A stretch of 52,812 nt of DNA, the filler included, from Basidioascus undulatus (taxonomy: Eukaryota), in the NCBI GenBank assembly GCA_000826855.1. It is 4 parts of 4 records of this genome, joined end to end, with 100 filler letters (N's around TTAATTAATTAA, not from the genome) between each part and the next. Parts side by side here need not be neighbours in the genome. Positions count along the whole stretch, not along the records: positions 26,464 to 39,589 come from JTLS01000840.1; positions 39,690 to 52,812 come from JTLS01000841.1; 2 more parts are not named here. One strand, given 5' to 3'. The notes below the pieces were generated by a model that saw only the letters and a program-made list of their open reading frames with translations, did no database searches and had not been told where the DNA came from. Below are positions 36,301 through 49,036 of this stretch, in pieces. Both the position numbers and the translations under genes were made by a program. How positions within the stretch are numbered: the stretch's first letter is position 1; each line of letters starts with the position of its first letter.

Positions 36301-38362
36301 GAGGCCATAGAGTAAACACTACGGACGAGGTGTAGATAGTCGGGTTTGCCAGATTGCCCCAGTTCGTCCCTCCAAAGCCCATGTACTGGTTGTCACACTG
36401 GGTCAGCGTACAGGGCAGAAAGGCATCTTCCTGCAAATACCTACGAGGTTTAAGAGCGTCACGGACGCAGCGATGTTGTTCTTGTAAAAGACCTATTGAC
36501 TCGTATTGGTCAGCTTAAGGTAGAGAGGTCCATTGGGCTTCATGTTCGACTCACGTTCGCAAACTGCTCGTTCAACAGCTGGGAACACTTTTCGTAGCCA
36601 GGTCCGCTCCAGGGGTCGAACGCGCCGCCTAGCGTAACGTGAGTCAAAGCTGGCAGCTGAAGCGAGCGGTACACCAAGGTCACCTTGGAATTCAAAAATG
36701 CCAAGAGGCTAAAATGGGCTACTTTTCAGCACACAGTCCACAATTTGCAGTATTGCTATACTCACCTCAGTCGGGTTGAGCGCCTTATGCGAAGCGTCCC
36801 AGGCTGAGCAAAGAAGCAGTGAGTGTGGAAACTCGAAGCTCCTAAGGACAAGCCAAACAAGCGCACTGTTAGGAACCTCGTTCCAAACCTCGGGGTTACT
36901 ACAGTCAAATCCATTGGGATACCCGTCCCAGCCCTGCACGAAGATGAGCAAAGTAGGGAAGGTAAAGTCAAGAGAGAAGCTGTACTCACGTAGAGGTCGA
37001 CCATCCCTGTTCCTTTCACGAAGTTGTTGCAGACGCAGCGGTCGTTGTGGATTCTGGGCGGATCACCGTAAGCTGATGCATGCGGAATGTTGCGTAGAGT
37101 GGAAGAAACTCACGTAGGGATGCGGGTCAGCCCATTCTCGCGGAAGTTCTCGATGACCAGTTGCATGTGCTATTCACGAAAAACATTTCAGTGGATTATT
37201 TGAGGCGGAAAACGACACATCTCACCTCTTCCTTCGTAGGCTCTTGGAAGAACTCGTTCTCGCTCTGGACCATGATGACCGGCCCGTCCGGATACTGGTA
37301 CCGGACCGATGCCTGTGCGACAGCGGAGATGCTGGAAAGAATACAAAGATCAGGTGGGTTGTTGAAACATACAGGAAAAGCAGCACCACACACTAGGGTG
37401 TCCAGGCCTCGGTGTATAGCGTCGCGTTCGTGCGTGCCAAAGCCGGCACGTTGGTGAGCCAGCCAGGAAGCCCGCCGCCAGTCGTCTCGGCCTGAGGAGA
37501 ATGGCGAGTGAGCTGAAGACGGCCATGACGCACGACTTCAAAATAACACAGGCTTACATTGATGTAGGGCTGTCAACGTTGATGGCGGGTAAGCGGCGTA
37601 AACAACTAATTGACGTTGAAAGGCACCCACGCCGGGACGAAGGATGACATAGAGCCCAACCTCAGCAGCTACATCATAGAAGTACGTGAGGTTACGGAAA
37701 CCATCAAAAGAGATCGGCGCGTCTTGCGAAGCCTCTGTTTGTTCGTTTCAACGTCAGCGAGGCGTGCGACACTGCAAATCTGGGCAACTACGCACGCTGA
37801 AGACCCCAGTGCACTGAATATATAAACGTCAGCACATCGCGCTTCCAGTCCGTTGAATCTTCAGTAGACGGCCCACAGTAGATCGACACTGCATTGGCGC
37901 CAGCCGCCTGCCACACCATACTGTCAGCGCAAGTCCATGTTCTCAACTGCAATCACACCCACCTTGAACTTCTCCAAGACGTCCTTCCACAAGCTCGGGA
38001 CGGGAAGCCTCCACGGGTGGATCTCGAGCGAGAATATGAACACCCTCTCGCCGTCGATGAACAGCGAGTGCCGGTCGAACGTGACAGCCGCGGAGGAGTT
38101 GCCTTGGTAGAAGCCGGGGCTTCCAGGGGCTGTGCAACCCTTGCGTTAGTCTACAAATAAACGCAAAATTCAGAAGAGTGAACAGGATCGGACGTGAAGT
38201 ATAGACAGGCTTGCTCGAATTCACTGCGGGCGGCTCCGCCTGACGCGGGAAGAGGAGCGGGTCGCCAGCGAAAGAGAACGAGGTGGGGCTGCGCCGGGGG
38301 TGGGCGCCTGCGAGGGACACCGCCCCGAGCAGGGATAGTGTTGTGAGAGCCAATAAGTTCAT
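33324..38362 (-). CDS. lacA: Secreted GH35 beta-galactosidase (fungal LacA type), very intron-rich
   Basis: Signal peptide, then [109 protein letters not shown] and [13 protein letters not shown]. Stop at 33324-33326. Confidence 0.96.
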
Positions 38363-39112
38363 GATGGACTGTTACCGTACAGGTCCAGGATGGGGAAGCC
38401 AGAAAGGTGGAGAGTTGGCTCGATGGGAAGGTAAGTCGATGCGGCGGTGAGGCGGGCGGGCCGGGAGAGCCGCCACTAACGCAGTACTGGGCCGCGTGAT
38501 GTATGAGTACAAGCGCTCCACGAGATCTTCTGAAGAATGCAACAGTGATCGACCCGCGGGAAGTGAATAAATAAGTAGCTATCTGATCGTGCCCACGCGG
38601 GTTGAGGGTCAGCTGCAGTCGTGCAGCGGAGAGGGAGGAGTACGCGCACCGGCGGATCGTCGGCGGTCAGGCTTGAGAAGCAAGTCGTTGACGATGGCCC
38701 AAAGGTGAGCCCAAAACAGTGCTCTCCGAAATTGCGCCGAGCTCGAGCCAAGCCAAAGGCAGTCACAAGAATGTCAGGGATCAGAAAGCAGCAGAACGAA
38801 GTTCTATGCGTAAACAAGCAAGGGGTCATCGAAGCTTAAAGTCTCGAAGCGAAGTCACGTATGGGATACACAATGGACACAAACAATGAACAAGTACATG
38901 TAAATGAAAGGAGCAAGCAAGTAAGCAAGCAACACGAGCGCGGGGTAAACCAAGGGGAGAGAAAAGCCATATCCTTCCGGCGTTTGAACAATAAACGCGG
39001 TGCGAAAAGAACCAACGAAGAGGAAGAACACAATACAGACCTATAGTGTTAACAAAATGAACAGCGCGTGGTGCGAGAAAGAGAAAGGAAGTTGGGGGGC
39101 GGAAGGGGGGCG

Positions 39113-39589
39113 TCAAGCAGCCGCGACGCGCTCCTGGCCCTTGACGTCCACCACGGGCGGTGGGGGTGAGTTGTCTTCGAACAGCCTCCTCCCGATCCCC
39201 AAGCCGACCTTCTCCTCTTTCACTGCGGGGCGCTTCTCCCCCCACTCCCCGCCGGCGGGCGTCTCCGCGCCCCTCTCCGTCCCGCCGACGCGGGGCGTGC
39301 TATTGAGCCACTCCCCAAAATCGGGGTCGCTGCTCTTCCCTCCCGCGCCCCCGCCACCACCAAGCACAGGCGTGTCAGGCGCGGTAGACGCGGAAGAGAC
39401 GACCGTCGCCTCGGAGTCTGTGCGCCAGAGCGCGCGGCTCCCCGCGAAGTTCTCGGGCTGGGAGGCTGCCCCTGCGCGTGCGGGGGAGGGGGAGGTAGCG
39501 AGGAAGAGCATGAGCTGCGCGTCCTCCTCGACTGAGTGGGCGGAGTGCTGGCTCGCGGACGGGGGCGCGAGGGTCGGGCTCATAGGTCG
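39113..39589 (-). CDS. 3' part of a low-complexity protein with Stb1/Whi5-associated-like motif
   Basis: DAQLMLFLATSPSP followed by DFGEWLNSTP resembles the ADLLMYLATSP...F.F..F.N.TP motifs I recall from Stb1-like fungal G1/S regulators. The frame is open from the spacer to TGA at 39113. Confidence 0.5.
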   Translation of the reverse strand, partial: RPMSPTLAPPSASQHSAHSVEEDAQLMLFLATSPSPARAGAASQPENFAGSRALWRTDSEATVVSSASTAPDTPVLGGGGGAGGKSSDPDFGEWLNSTPRVGGTERGAETPAGGEWGEKRPAVKEEKVGLGIGRRLFEDNSPPPPVVDVKGQERVAAA

Positions 39590-39689
39590 NNNNNNNNNNN
39601 NNNNNNNNNNNNNNNNNNNNNNNNNNNNNNNNNTTAATTAATTAANNNNNNNNNNNNNNNNNNNNNNNNNNNNNNNNNNNNNNNNNNNN
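39590..39689. other. Artificial contig spacer (N44-TTAATTAATTAA-N44)
   Basis: Same 100-bp linker. Confidence 0.98.
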
Positions 39690-39755
39690 GTGGGGGAGCT
39701 GGAAGAAGAGGGGGAAAAGAGGTTGGGGAGGAAAAGAGGTGGAAGCAGGGTCTAC

Positions 39756-40590
39756 CTTTGACTTCACGTTCTCGAATGATGCGGGGGAGGTTATTGAGTA
39801 TGCGACCTGTGTGTATAGGGAGCGTGAGCGCGCGAGGGAATGGTTGGAGGAAGGGGTGTGTGGACGGACGAGGAAGATGTCTGTTTGGGGGTACGAGAGT
39901 GGGCGCAGTCGATCGTAATCTTCTTGGCCTGCCGTATCCCACCTTCACCCCCAATGCACCCCGCACCATCACGACCATCACGCCAGAACCATCAGCCGGA
40001 CGCTACGGGGAGATAGGGAGGGAGGGGTGTGGGCGCTCACAGGCCCAGGAGAACGGGCTTCCCGTCTAGCAAGACGGTCGCCTGGTAGTTGTCAAATACG
40101 GTGGGGACATAGTCGCTCTGTGTGGGAGGAGGCGGGACAGAGGTTTAGGGAGAGATGGAGATGGGAGATGGGGGAGGGGGAAAGAGAGGGGAGGGGGATG
40201 GTGACGGACGGGGAACGAGTTAGTCGTGTATGAGATGAGGAGACACGTCTTTCCCACCGCACCGTCGCCGACGCTGCAGATGGGGAAACGGAGGGACAAA
40301 GGTGAGCGGGGGAGGGCAACGGGGAGGAGGTGCGGGTCGCAGGAACGCGAGGACGAACACGACACCTGTTTTGAGCAAGGGGAGGGGTTGTCAGTAAAGA
40401 CGAACGGTTTCTACACTGCGCATGGCTGAGCAGACGAGAAACACCCGCTCCCATGGCAAAATGTTGACGCCTCTCTCAACACTCAAGCCGACTCGAGTCC
40501 GTGCGCAGCCACACCCACTCCCATCTGGATTCCTCTCAGCCTCTCGCCCACCGCAGACGAGCCCAACGCACATTTGATATTCTGGTTCAT
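39756..40590 (-). CDS. Rac-subfamily Rho GTPase, 5' part (3' end beyond contig)
   Basis: Six exons splice to [97 protein letters not shown]. Trp at the Rac-diagnostic position (Cdc42 has Phe). Confidence 0.93.
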
Positions 40591-41924
40591 GCTCTAAGAA
40601 GCTATCCAAGCGTTCTACCTCCTCCGAGAGAGAGAAATGCAAAGCGGGAGATGGGGCGCGGGCGGGCGTGTCGCGGTCGTGGGTTCGTGGACTTGTTAAG
40701 GGGTCGTACGTGCGCGCGCGGGTCGAGTCGGGTCTGGGGGCGCGGTGTCGGCGGTGTGTGTGTATTATGCGGCGCGTGGGCAAGGAAGGGCGCGCTTGTG
40801 TTGGGGAGGAACGGCGAAGACGCAGGGGCGGATGGACGCGTGAAGGAGACGGGCGACGACAAAGGCAACCAAAGGGACGCCTGCGCCCTGCCTTCGCAGC
40901 CGTTGGCCGCCTCCCTGCCGTCCCCGCGGCCCGCCCTCCAGCTTGTCGCACTACGGGTGGTACAGCGCTTCCGATCCCTGGGTTTTCTGCAAGGCACCAC
41001 TCTGCAAAGATGCATGCAGATCATGCACACACTCATTTATGTCATTGGGCGGAGCTGCTGGTATCGCGCCTGATGAATATTTTTCAGGCGTTGTGGTAGG
41101 AGACGTTGGGAAAGACGCCGAGGACGACGTGCAAAGCTTATTGTATTGTTCGTTGACAGTCGCGTGCTGTCAAGTGTCATTGCTAACCGTATCTTTTTGA
41201 AGCCTCGCTGTAGGAAAAAGACCGCAGGCGGCGGTGGTACTCCAACTGAATGCTGAGGGCGTTGGTTTGAAAGTTCTTTACCAGGACTCTCGTGATACAA
41301 CTCAGGGCTTGTGCCTGCTTGTGCACCCGATTCGTAAGACGTGCAGAAGGGGGCGTTCCGCCAGTCTCGAATCTCGCATGGCTGATGCCTCAGTACAATG
41401 CAACACCAGAGGACGATGGCGTGCATAATAGCAATTCTATAGCATTGAAACTGACCAGTTCCAGAGCAGAGTGAACTGTCAATGACAAGTAGTCGGCCGC
41501 TGCGTTGATAAGGCGTCTATTTACTGGGAGAGCGCAACCGCATAATGGCTACCTTTGTGCTACGTAGTCACAACTTCAACAGTGCAGATCTGCGTGACGT
41601 CCATTAATGCACTCTGCCCTCTGAAACCAATGAAATCTCCAGAAGTCTTCACCAGAGCGTATCGCAGTCAAAGTGGACAGCGTCTGTTCTCCCCAATTCT
41701 CCCAGTCCTCCATCACACCTCCACGTGACCCGGCCCGCTGTCCATGACTGCCGGGGACGAGTGCAGCCGAATAAAGATGGCCGCTCGCTCGCAGTGGATC
41801 ACACGGAGGCGCTGCTCGAGACTTCCAGTTGACCACACACCATCACCACCACCACGCACTCATCCTTCAGCTGACGTTCATCTCTCGTCTCGCACTTCGT
41901 CCTCAATCTCGATCAGTCACAAGC

Positions 41925-43731
41925 ATGTCTCTCCCTTCGATCACTAACCAGCCATATGCGGGCTATCAGACCGAGATCTATCAGAAGGGCCTGCAGTCCG
42001 TCCACCCGATCGCGTCCACCGACGCCGAAGCTCTGGAGAGCAAGGCTCGGGAGGTCCTGGACAGCACCGCTTACTAGTACGCCGATCCTCTGCCTTGAAC
42101 TTCGCTCGAAAACTCCTAAACACTCCCATTCACAGTTACGTAACCGGTTCCGCCTCGTCCGGGTCGACATGTCAGTCCAACCTGCGCGCCTTCCAGCGCT
42201 GGGCGCTCGTCCCGCGCATGCTGCGGGGCGTGTCGACCAAGACGGTCGACATCTCGGTCAACCTCTTCGGGAAGAAGTACCCCAGTCCCCTGATCGTCGC
42301 ACCCGTCGGAGTTCAGAGCATCATCAACGACGCGCACGCCGAGTGCGCGACGGCGCGCGCGGCGCACGACGTCGGCGTGCCGTTCACGATGAGCACAGCG
42401 GCGAGTCGGTCGATTGAGGAGGTCGGTAAGGAGAACGGGGGGGGCGCGAGGTGGTTTCAGCTTTATTGGCCGAGCGACGGTTGAGTTGAGATGAGAATGA
42501 GGAGTGGCTATGAAGAGGAGAAGCTGACTGATTCGGGTACGATGGGTGGCGCCAGACGACGTGACGGCTTCGCTGTTGAGCAGGGCTGAGAAGGCAGGGT
42601 TCGAGGTGCTCGTTGTGAGTTCTTATGGGCCTTCGTGTATCACCGCGCAGCCGCTGACTTGGTTGGCTGTGCAGGTGACGCTCGATACCTTCCAGCTCGT
42701 GCGTTTATCGCCGTACCGCACTGAATCCCTTTGTCTCTGGATCTCATGATTCATCAACGTATTATACAGGGCTGGCGTCCGAAGGACCTCGATTCAGCCT
42801 ACGTTCCTTTCCTGCAAGGCATCGGCAACGGTACGTTCTTCGCTCCCTGCATCCCCTTCCTTTCGGCCTGCCCCCTGACAGCTCCCTTGCTTTACTCAGC
42901 CGTCGGTTTCTCCGATCCCGTGTTCATTAAGAAGAATCTCGACGGAAAATCCCCGCTCGGGCCGGACGCGAAGCCACAGGACGTTCTGCAGGCCAGCGTC
43001 AAGTGGCTCGAGCAGGTCTCTGGCGGGACCTCCGTACGTGCTGCTGTCCTTCTCTTAGTCAGCTCGCCTGTACTGACCTGCTTGCATTGGGGTCAGAGGA
43101 GCTGGGACGACCTCAAGATCCTGCGCAAGCTCTGGAAGGGCCCGATCGTGCTCAAGGGGATCCAGCACGTTCAGGACGCCGTGATGGCTGCCGAGGCTGG
43201 TATGGACGGGGTGCGTTCTGCGTCTTTTCTTACACCCCTCGCATTTCCAACCCAATTAATTGCGATTCAAATCACTGACTGCATCAATGTGCTCCTCCAG
43301 ATCGTGGTCTCGAACCACGGCGGAAGACAGGTCGACGGGGCGATCGCGTCCCTCAATTGCTTGCCGCCCATCGTCGACGCAGTCAGCTCGCGCCTCACAG
43401 TCCTGTTTGACTCGGGGATTCGCACAGGCGCGGATATTCAGAAAGGTTCGCAGTCTTCACCCTTTCTTATTTCTTTCTTCCCGTCGCCCTTGTCCGTCCT
43501 TCATCTGACCGCTTCGCCCCGCGTGCTGCCCGCCATACAGCTCTTGCCCTCGGCGCGAAAGGCGTCATGGTAGGGCGTCCGGTAATGTGGGGTCTTGCGG
43601 TGGATGGCGAGGACGGCGTCAAGGCTGTCCTGCGCGGGCTGCTTGCCGACCTGGAGCTCAACCTCACGCTGTCGGGGCTTCGGACGGTTTCTGAGCTTGG
43701 GAAGGACGTGCTGGTTAGGCAGGAGCTGTGA
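41925..43731 (+). CDS. FMN-dependent alpha-hydroxy acid dehydrogenase/oxidase (lactate 2-monooxygenase-like)
   Basis: NLRAFQRWALVPRMLR, PLIVAPVGVQ, WFQLYWP, VTLDT, GWRPKDLD, GPIVLKGIQH, IVVSNHGGRQVDG, FDSGIRTGADI and ALALGAKGVMVGRP. TGA at 43729-43731. Confidence 0.95.
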
Positions 43732-44151
43732 TACGAGTGCTGGCTGGACTAGATGTAGACTGAGTCGGTGATTTGATTGCACGCGTTGCATGCAGTGGGA
43801 AACTGCCGGCAGCTTGCACGTACCGCCCCGTGCAACTGCAACCTACGTTGCCTCGCAGAGCGGCCTTGCTCACCCCCGCAGAGTGTTGCGTAGACATGAA
43901 ATTGCGTATGAGTACTGACTTTCTCGAATAATGTGGATTATTCTACAAATAAATGTGTACCGCAACGCGTGTGTGTGTGGAGGGTACGCTGACAGATCGC
44001 AAGTGCCGTGCCTTGCCGGCCAGATTGCGTCAGTTGGCTGCAGTTGGCTGCCTCCTCAGATACGGGCGACGCCGCCTCTCTCCTCCTTAACTACCATCAG
44101 CTCGCACTGCTTCTACAACCAAACTCACTGACCGTCCAAGCCTCGTATACC

Positions 44152-45497
44152 ATGGCACCGACTTTGATCTTCCTGCTGGGCGGAACTGGATTTATTGGCG
44201 GATCTGTACTTGCGCGTCTTCTCAACGCCCCATCCGGCATGTACAGCGTGTCGGCGCTCGTGCGAGCGAAGGAAAAGGCGCCGCTGCTCGAGTCCGTCGG
44301 CGTCCGGCCTATCCTGGGCTCGCTGTCGGATTTTGATGTCCTTGAGAAGGAGGCCGCCGCGCACGATGTGACGATCCATACGGCGGACGCGGACGACATC
44401 CCTGCTGCGAAGGCACTTTTGAAGGGGCTGAAAAAGCGGGCCAAGGAGACGGGCAAGAAGCCTCTGTTCATCCACACAGTGAGTTGCGCGTCTCGTCATG
44501 TATATTTCCAGTACGATCAGTTGAAAACACTCTCTTGGGCTTGTCATAGTCCGGTACTGGCGTGCTCGCCGACGACGCACGGGGCGAGTTCGCGTACGAC
44601 ACGGTGTACGACGACGCCGACGTCAAGCAGATCAACGGCCTTCCTGACTATGCGCTCCACCGGGATGTCGACCTTGCGATCCTTGACGCGTCCGAGGAGA
44701 TCAACGCGCACATCATCCTCCCGTGCGTTTGCCTGTCTTTCCATCCAAGTATCTCCAACGCTGCAGAATATGATGAGTAAATGTCGAATGGCATGAATGC
44801 GCAGGTCTACCATTTACGGTGTCGCCACGCACGATCTCGTGAAGAAGGGTATTGCGCACGCGCACAGCATTCAGGTTCGTCCTCATCTTCCCGTCTGTAC
44901 CCCAAGCCAAACGCTGAGCGATGCCTCATGTTTAGGTCCCCGCCCTTGTTCGTGCCAGCATTGCGCGCATGCAGGCCGGTGTCGTCGGCAAGGGCCTGAA
45001 CAAGTGGCCTAACGTTAACGTCGCTGAAGGCACGTCCGTATCTTCCACTTCCGCCCTTCTCCTTGTCAATCTTACACGTTCTCTCGCAGTCGCGGAGATC
45101 TACACCCTCGTCCTCACCTGCTCCCTTTCCGGCAAGCTCCGGCCCTCGACCTCCGCCGGTTCTTACTTCTTCGGCGTGAACGGGGAGCACGACCTCATCG
45201 ACGTCTCTCGCACACTCGGGCGCACACTCGCTGCGCGCGGAATCGGCCAGGCCGAGCCGACAACTTTCACTGACGAGGACATCAAGACCTACTTCGGAGG
45301 CTCGTACTACCTCGGGTCGAACTCGCGCGCAAAGGCGAGCCAGGCGAGGGAGTTGGGGTGGAAGCCGGCCAAGACGACGAAGGACTTCTTGGAGTCGATC
45401 GAGTACATTCCGTCGCTCATTCCTTCTGAGAGTAATGCTGACATGGCTCGTAACTCTGCGCAGGCTCGAAGTGGAGACTATCTTGAAGGAGGACTAG
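44152..45497 (+). CDS. NAD(P)-dependent epimerase/dehydratase (atypical SDR)
   Basis: IFLLGGTGFIGGSVL Rossmann motif, IHTADAD, FIHTSGTGVL, LHRDVD, PSTIYG, GKGLNKWPNVNV and GSNSRAKASQARELGWKP. TAG at 45495-45497 after the last intron. Confidence 0.92.
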
Positions 45498-46023
45498 AGC
45501 AAGTGGGGCTTTGGCGGTAGCTGTGAAGCGGGGGAAGACGGGTGCCAGCGATGAAGGCGATGAAGCACTATCTGAGGACCATGACTACAGTATTCTTGAA
45601 CGATGGACGGTTCTCCGCTGCACGCAGTTGAGTTGTTTTCTTTGCTCATACTGTGCATGCGCTGTCGCGCGTGCTCGCACCAACATCGCGGAATGTCATG
45701 ATCCATAAGGACGAAATTGCCATGCTAAATCTGATCAAGTCGCCAGGCCAGGCTAGGCAGCGGAGCAGAGTTGGAAAATTATAAGCGACCAACACATCTC
45801 TAGGATAGGGGTACAATGTCTGAAGCAAACCAGTGGAATGAGGAGTTGTAGTCACTGATAACGGGACAGACAGAGAACGCACCTGCACTGCCGGAACGGC
45901 ACCGGGCGACCAAAGACATGATGCGAAGCGAAACAATGGTGGATATGAACGTTCACAGAACGCCAAAACGCGAGAGGCGCAAGACAACAGATGAAAATAT
46001 GTGAATGCGGTGTGTCGGCCAGG

Positions 46024-47819
46024 CTAGAGGTGAATGGCAAGAGCCGCCTGTGCAAGGTTGCCGTAAGCGAGGACGAGCTGCTGAGCAACCTCGACGACGG
46101 TCGTCGTGGGCGCGGCGGCATAGCTCGAAGAGAAGCCGGAAGAGGACGACGAGGTGCTCGTCGATGTGCTGATGGTAGTGGTGGTGCTCGTCGATGTGCT
46201 GGTGGTAGTGGTGGTGCTCGTCGACGTGCTGCAGCGTTACGGATGGGGATCAGCAGATGTCACGGGAAGAGAAAACAAGTGAGCAGCGATGCTGGAGGTA
46301 GCAGGGGAGGAAGATAAACGGGGAAGCTTACGTGGTCGACATCGAAGTCGTCGTAGGTGCTACCCACTGGGAGGTGGATGTGGGCGGTGGCTGAAAGAGA
46401 AAAGACAGGAAGAATGGTGATCTTCTGCTCATCTTCGTGCGATACGGACGGAAAGTGGATTAGGGTTAAGGGTAAGGAGAACGGCTTACGACCCAGGTCG
46501 AAGTGGGCTCCGGCGTCCATTCGGGCGTGCTAGAGCTCGTCGCGCCCGGCCAGGTCCACCCTGTTTGCAGAAGGCCACGCGTTTCTGTCAGTGAAAAAGG
46601 ACAATACAGGTGAAGGTGACGACATGGAAGAAGAGATGGAGATCGGGGGCGCAGGAGAAGAGGCAAAGGAGAAGGAGGAAGGAGGCAGGAGGCAAAGAAT
46701 CAGACGAACACAGGTTCTCAGAAGTTGTCGTGGGAGCAACCCACTCAGACGTAGAGGTAGTCTCAGCCTGTCCGCTTCCTGCGCCGCCAATTGTGTGCGT
46801 CAGTCTGTGCCACGTTGTAAAGGCATGAATAGCAAGCAAGCGCAGCATACCGAACCACCACGTGGCGCTGTGTTTGCAAGGGAAGAAGTGCACGAGATGG
46901 ATAGTCAGAAGTCAATATATGACGTAGAAGAAGTCCCAAAACGACCCACTAGACGAGGCCGAGGTCCTTGTTGCCGGTAAGTGCCTCGAAGGCGGCAGGA
47001 GAGAGGTCGAGCTCGCCTCCGCTCTGTATGCATAAACGTTTATAAGGCGCAACGCTCCATCAACATTTTGAAGAGAAGCCGGCATTATTCTATCGATACT
47101 TAAAGTGATACGTACCTCGCAGCCGCCGGAGTAGGGGCATTGGTCGCGGATTTGTACACTCTGTACCGCGCAGACGAGGACGTCTTTAGACGTCATCGAG
47201 GAATGGAGCTAAGGTAAAAGATGGACGCACGACTTGCTTGCCATTGTACTCTATAGTCACCCATTCCGAGCTGGATCAAATCGGGGAGGGTTGTTGAGGA
47301 GGGGAACAGCAAGCTGCCTTAAAATGAAACGAAAACGAACCAGTGCGAACCCCCAGCCCACTGCGCCTCGTTAAGCGCCGCAACAAATTCATCGTTCTGT
47401 TCAGGAAGATTTTTTTTTATCAGGACAGGACTTTGCATTCCCACCACCAGAGATGCCAGCGTAAAAGACACTCACGTGAGACATCCCCCCGCAGGCGCCA
47501 AGTACGTTGTCGGTTGCCCCGTCAACGTCGAAGAACGTCATGCGGCCGTAATCCTGCACAGTTTCCAACCCACACGGCCCTCATTAGTTGCAGTCGCGCA
47601 GGGTTGCAACGCCTCACAGGGACAGGAGATGGGACGCACGCGGCGCGCCAGCGTGTGGTTCGTCCCCTCCGCCGCTGCACCCGTCGCGCCCTGCGCTTGG
47701 AGCTCAGGCTTTGCCAGCGCGACTGCGTGCCTGTGCTGCATCTTTCCGGCGTGTGGGGCGGCCTGTGCCAGGCCGCTGAGAAGCCCGAGCGCGGCGGTCG
47801 TGCCGAGGAGGAGGTGCAT
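46024..47819 (-). CDS. Secreted RlpA-like double-psi beta-barrel (expansin-related/loosenin-like) protein with Ser/Thr-rich tail
   Basis: Signal peptide MHLLLGTTAALGLLSGLAQA and propeptide ending LARR. Short exons splice to GRMTFFD..LGACG..NDEFVAALNEAQWAGGSHCSEWVTIEYNGKQVSVQIRDQCPYSGGCESGGELDLSPAAFEAL..DLGLVYATWWF, then an S/T tail ending YGNLAQAALAIHL*. Hardly visible in the ORF track. Confidence 0.9.
46153..46231. repeat. 30-bp coding tandem repeat (about 2.6 copies) in the Ser/Thr tail
   Basis: GGTGCTCGTCGAYGTGCTGRTGGTAGTGGT at 46153, 46183 and partial at 46213; encodes TSTSTTTTTS-type repeats on the minus strand. Confidence 0.9.
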
Positions 47820-49036
47820 GGTGGGTGTGTCGGGCTGGTGAGGAGGGTGGGGGTGCAGTAAGTGCATGTATCGAAATGAGTGTGGACGTGGAAAGCGAGT
47901 GTGAGTATGGCCTCTAAGGGCCGGGTATAGGAGAGAAGGTCAGAAATGAGAAGGTGGAGATGGGTGATGAGCAAGGACGAAGGGACAGGGACAAGGGCGT
48001 CCTGGCTGTTGAAACCGGACAAGACGCGGTGGCGGCGTCCGGCGGTTAATTTTGGTATCGAGTCCGGGGTTGCCGCCGTCAAATGTGATCGACAGCATGC
48101 GTGATCGTCTTGCCGTCCATCAAATTCAAAGAAGTTTCAAAGGTGACTCGTTGTCAACAGTTCGTGAAGCGTAGACGCAGTGAAAATATTCAAGAGGCCC
48201 GGAGGAGCATGCATGAAGGCACGAGGACTTGCCAGCTGCGGAGGAACCGAGGTACTGGCCTACGCTCGGCAACTACGTAGAGCACGGTGCCTGGCTATCA
48301 ATTGAAAAAATAGAACTGTAGGGCAATCAACATTATTGCACGTCGATCTCTGCAGCCCCTTTCTGCTTCCAGCTCAACACTGTGGGGCGATGTGTTCGCA
48401 GCCCTCAGCTTGCCTCAGCCGCTCATAGCGACTCATAGTGATGGCCACGGTACGGTCGTGGTCTGTCCTCCCCAAAATATTCCTGGTCCGGTCTTTACCA
48501 TGTGGTGGTCCTCGGTCCATCGGCCCTGTGGTACACTTTGCGCGATGCTTTCGAGACCCCCTTGGCTGTCCTTCCAGGCCCCAGATACAAATGATTATTT
48601 GATCTATGTGGAAATACCCCAGAAGAGCTGACAAGAAGGGTTTCCCCAAAGAAAAAAAGGCTGGAGGGACGCTCCTGACACGACCGATCATAGTGTCAGC
48701 TTGCCTGGAATGTAGCTGGGTTCGGAGGCGGTTCCTTCAGTTCAGCTTCTTAATTTGGTATCATAAAACTTTGTGACACTTGTATACTATCTGGCTTTTT
48801 ATGCGCTTCCGCCAGCTTCCATCCTTGTTGGTGCTCACTGTACGAAGACCGCAGTCCAGGCAATCCAGGATGACCCAACCGGCCCAGGGCAGTGGTCACC
48901 CTAGCCGCTCAGCAACCAGCAGATTTGCGAGGGATTGCAAGCGACATCATAAATTACATTCATTGTTTGCGCAACTGCGTGCGATTCAAAGATCAAGTGT
49001 CCAAAGTTCGAGCTCAGAATTCGTCCTTGTCCTAGC

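Noticed and set aside
14251..45497. Secondary-metabolite cluster made of methyltransferase, enoyl reductase, FMN oxidase and epimerase
   Set aside because: The genes lie on different concatenated contigs, the reductase is a pseudogene, and no backbone synthase is present.
46230..46710. Apparent unusually long intron or insertion in the DPBB gene
   Set aside because: Contains two further in-frame exons (WWTWPGATSSSTPEWTPEPTSTWV and PPPTSTSQWVAPTTTSMST).
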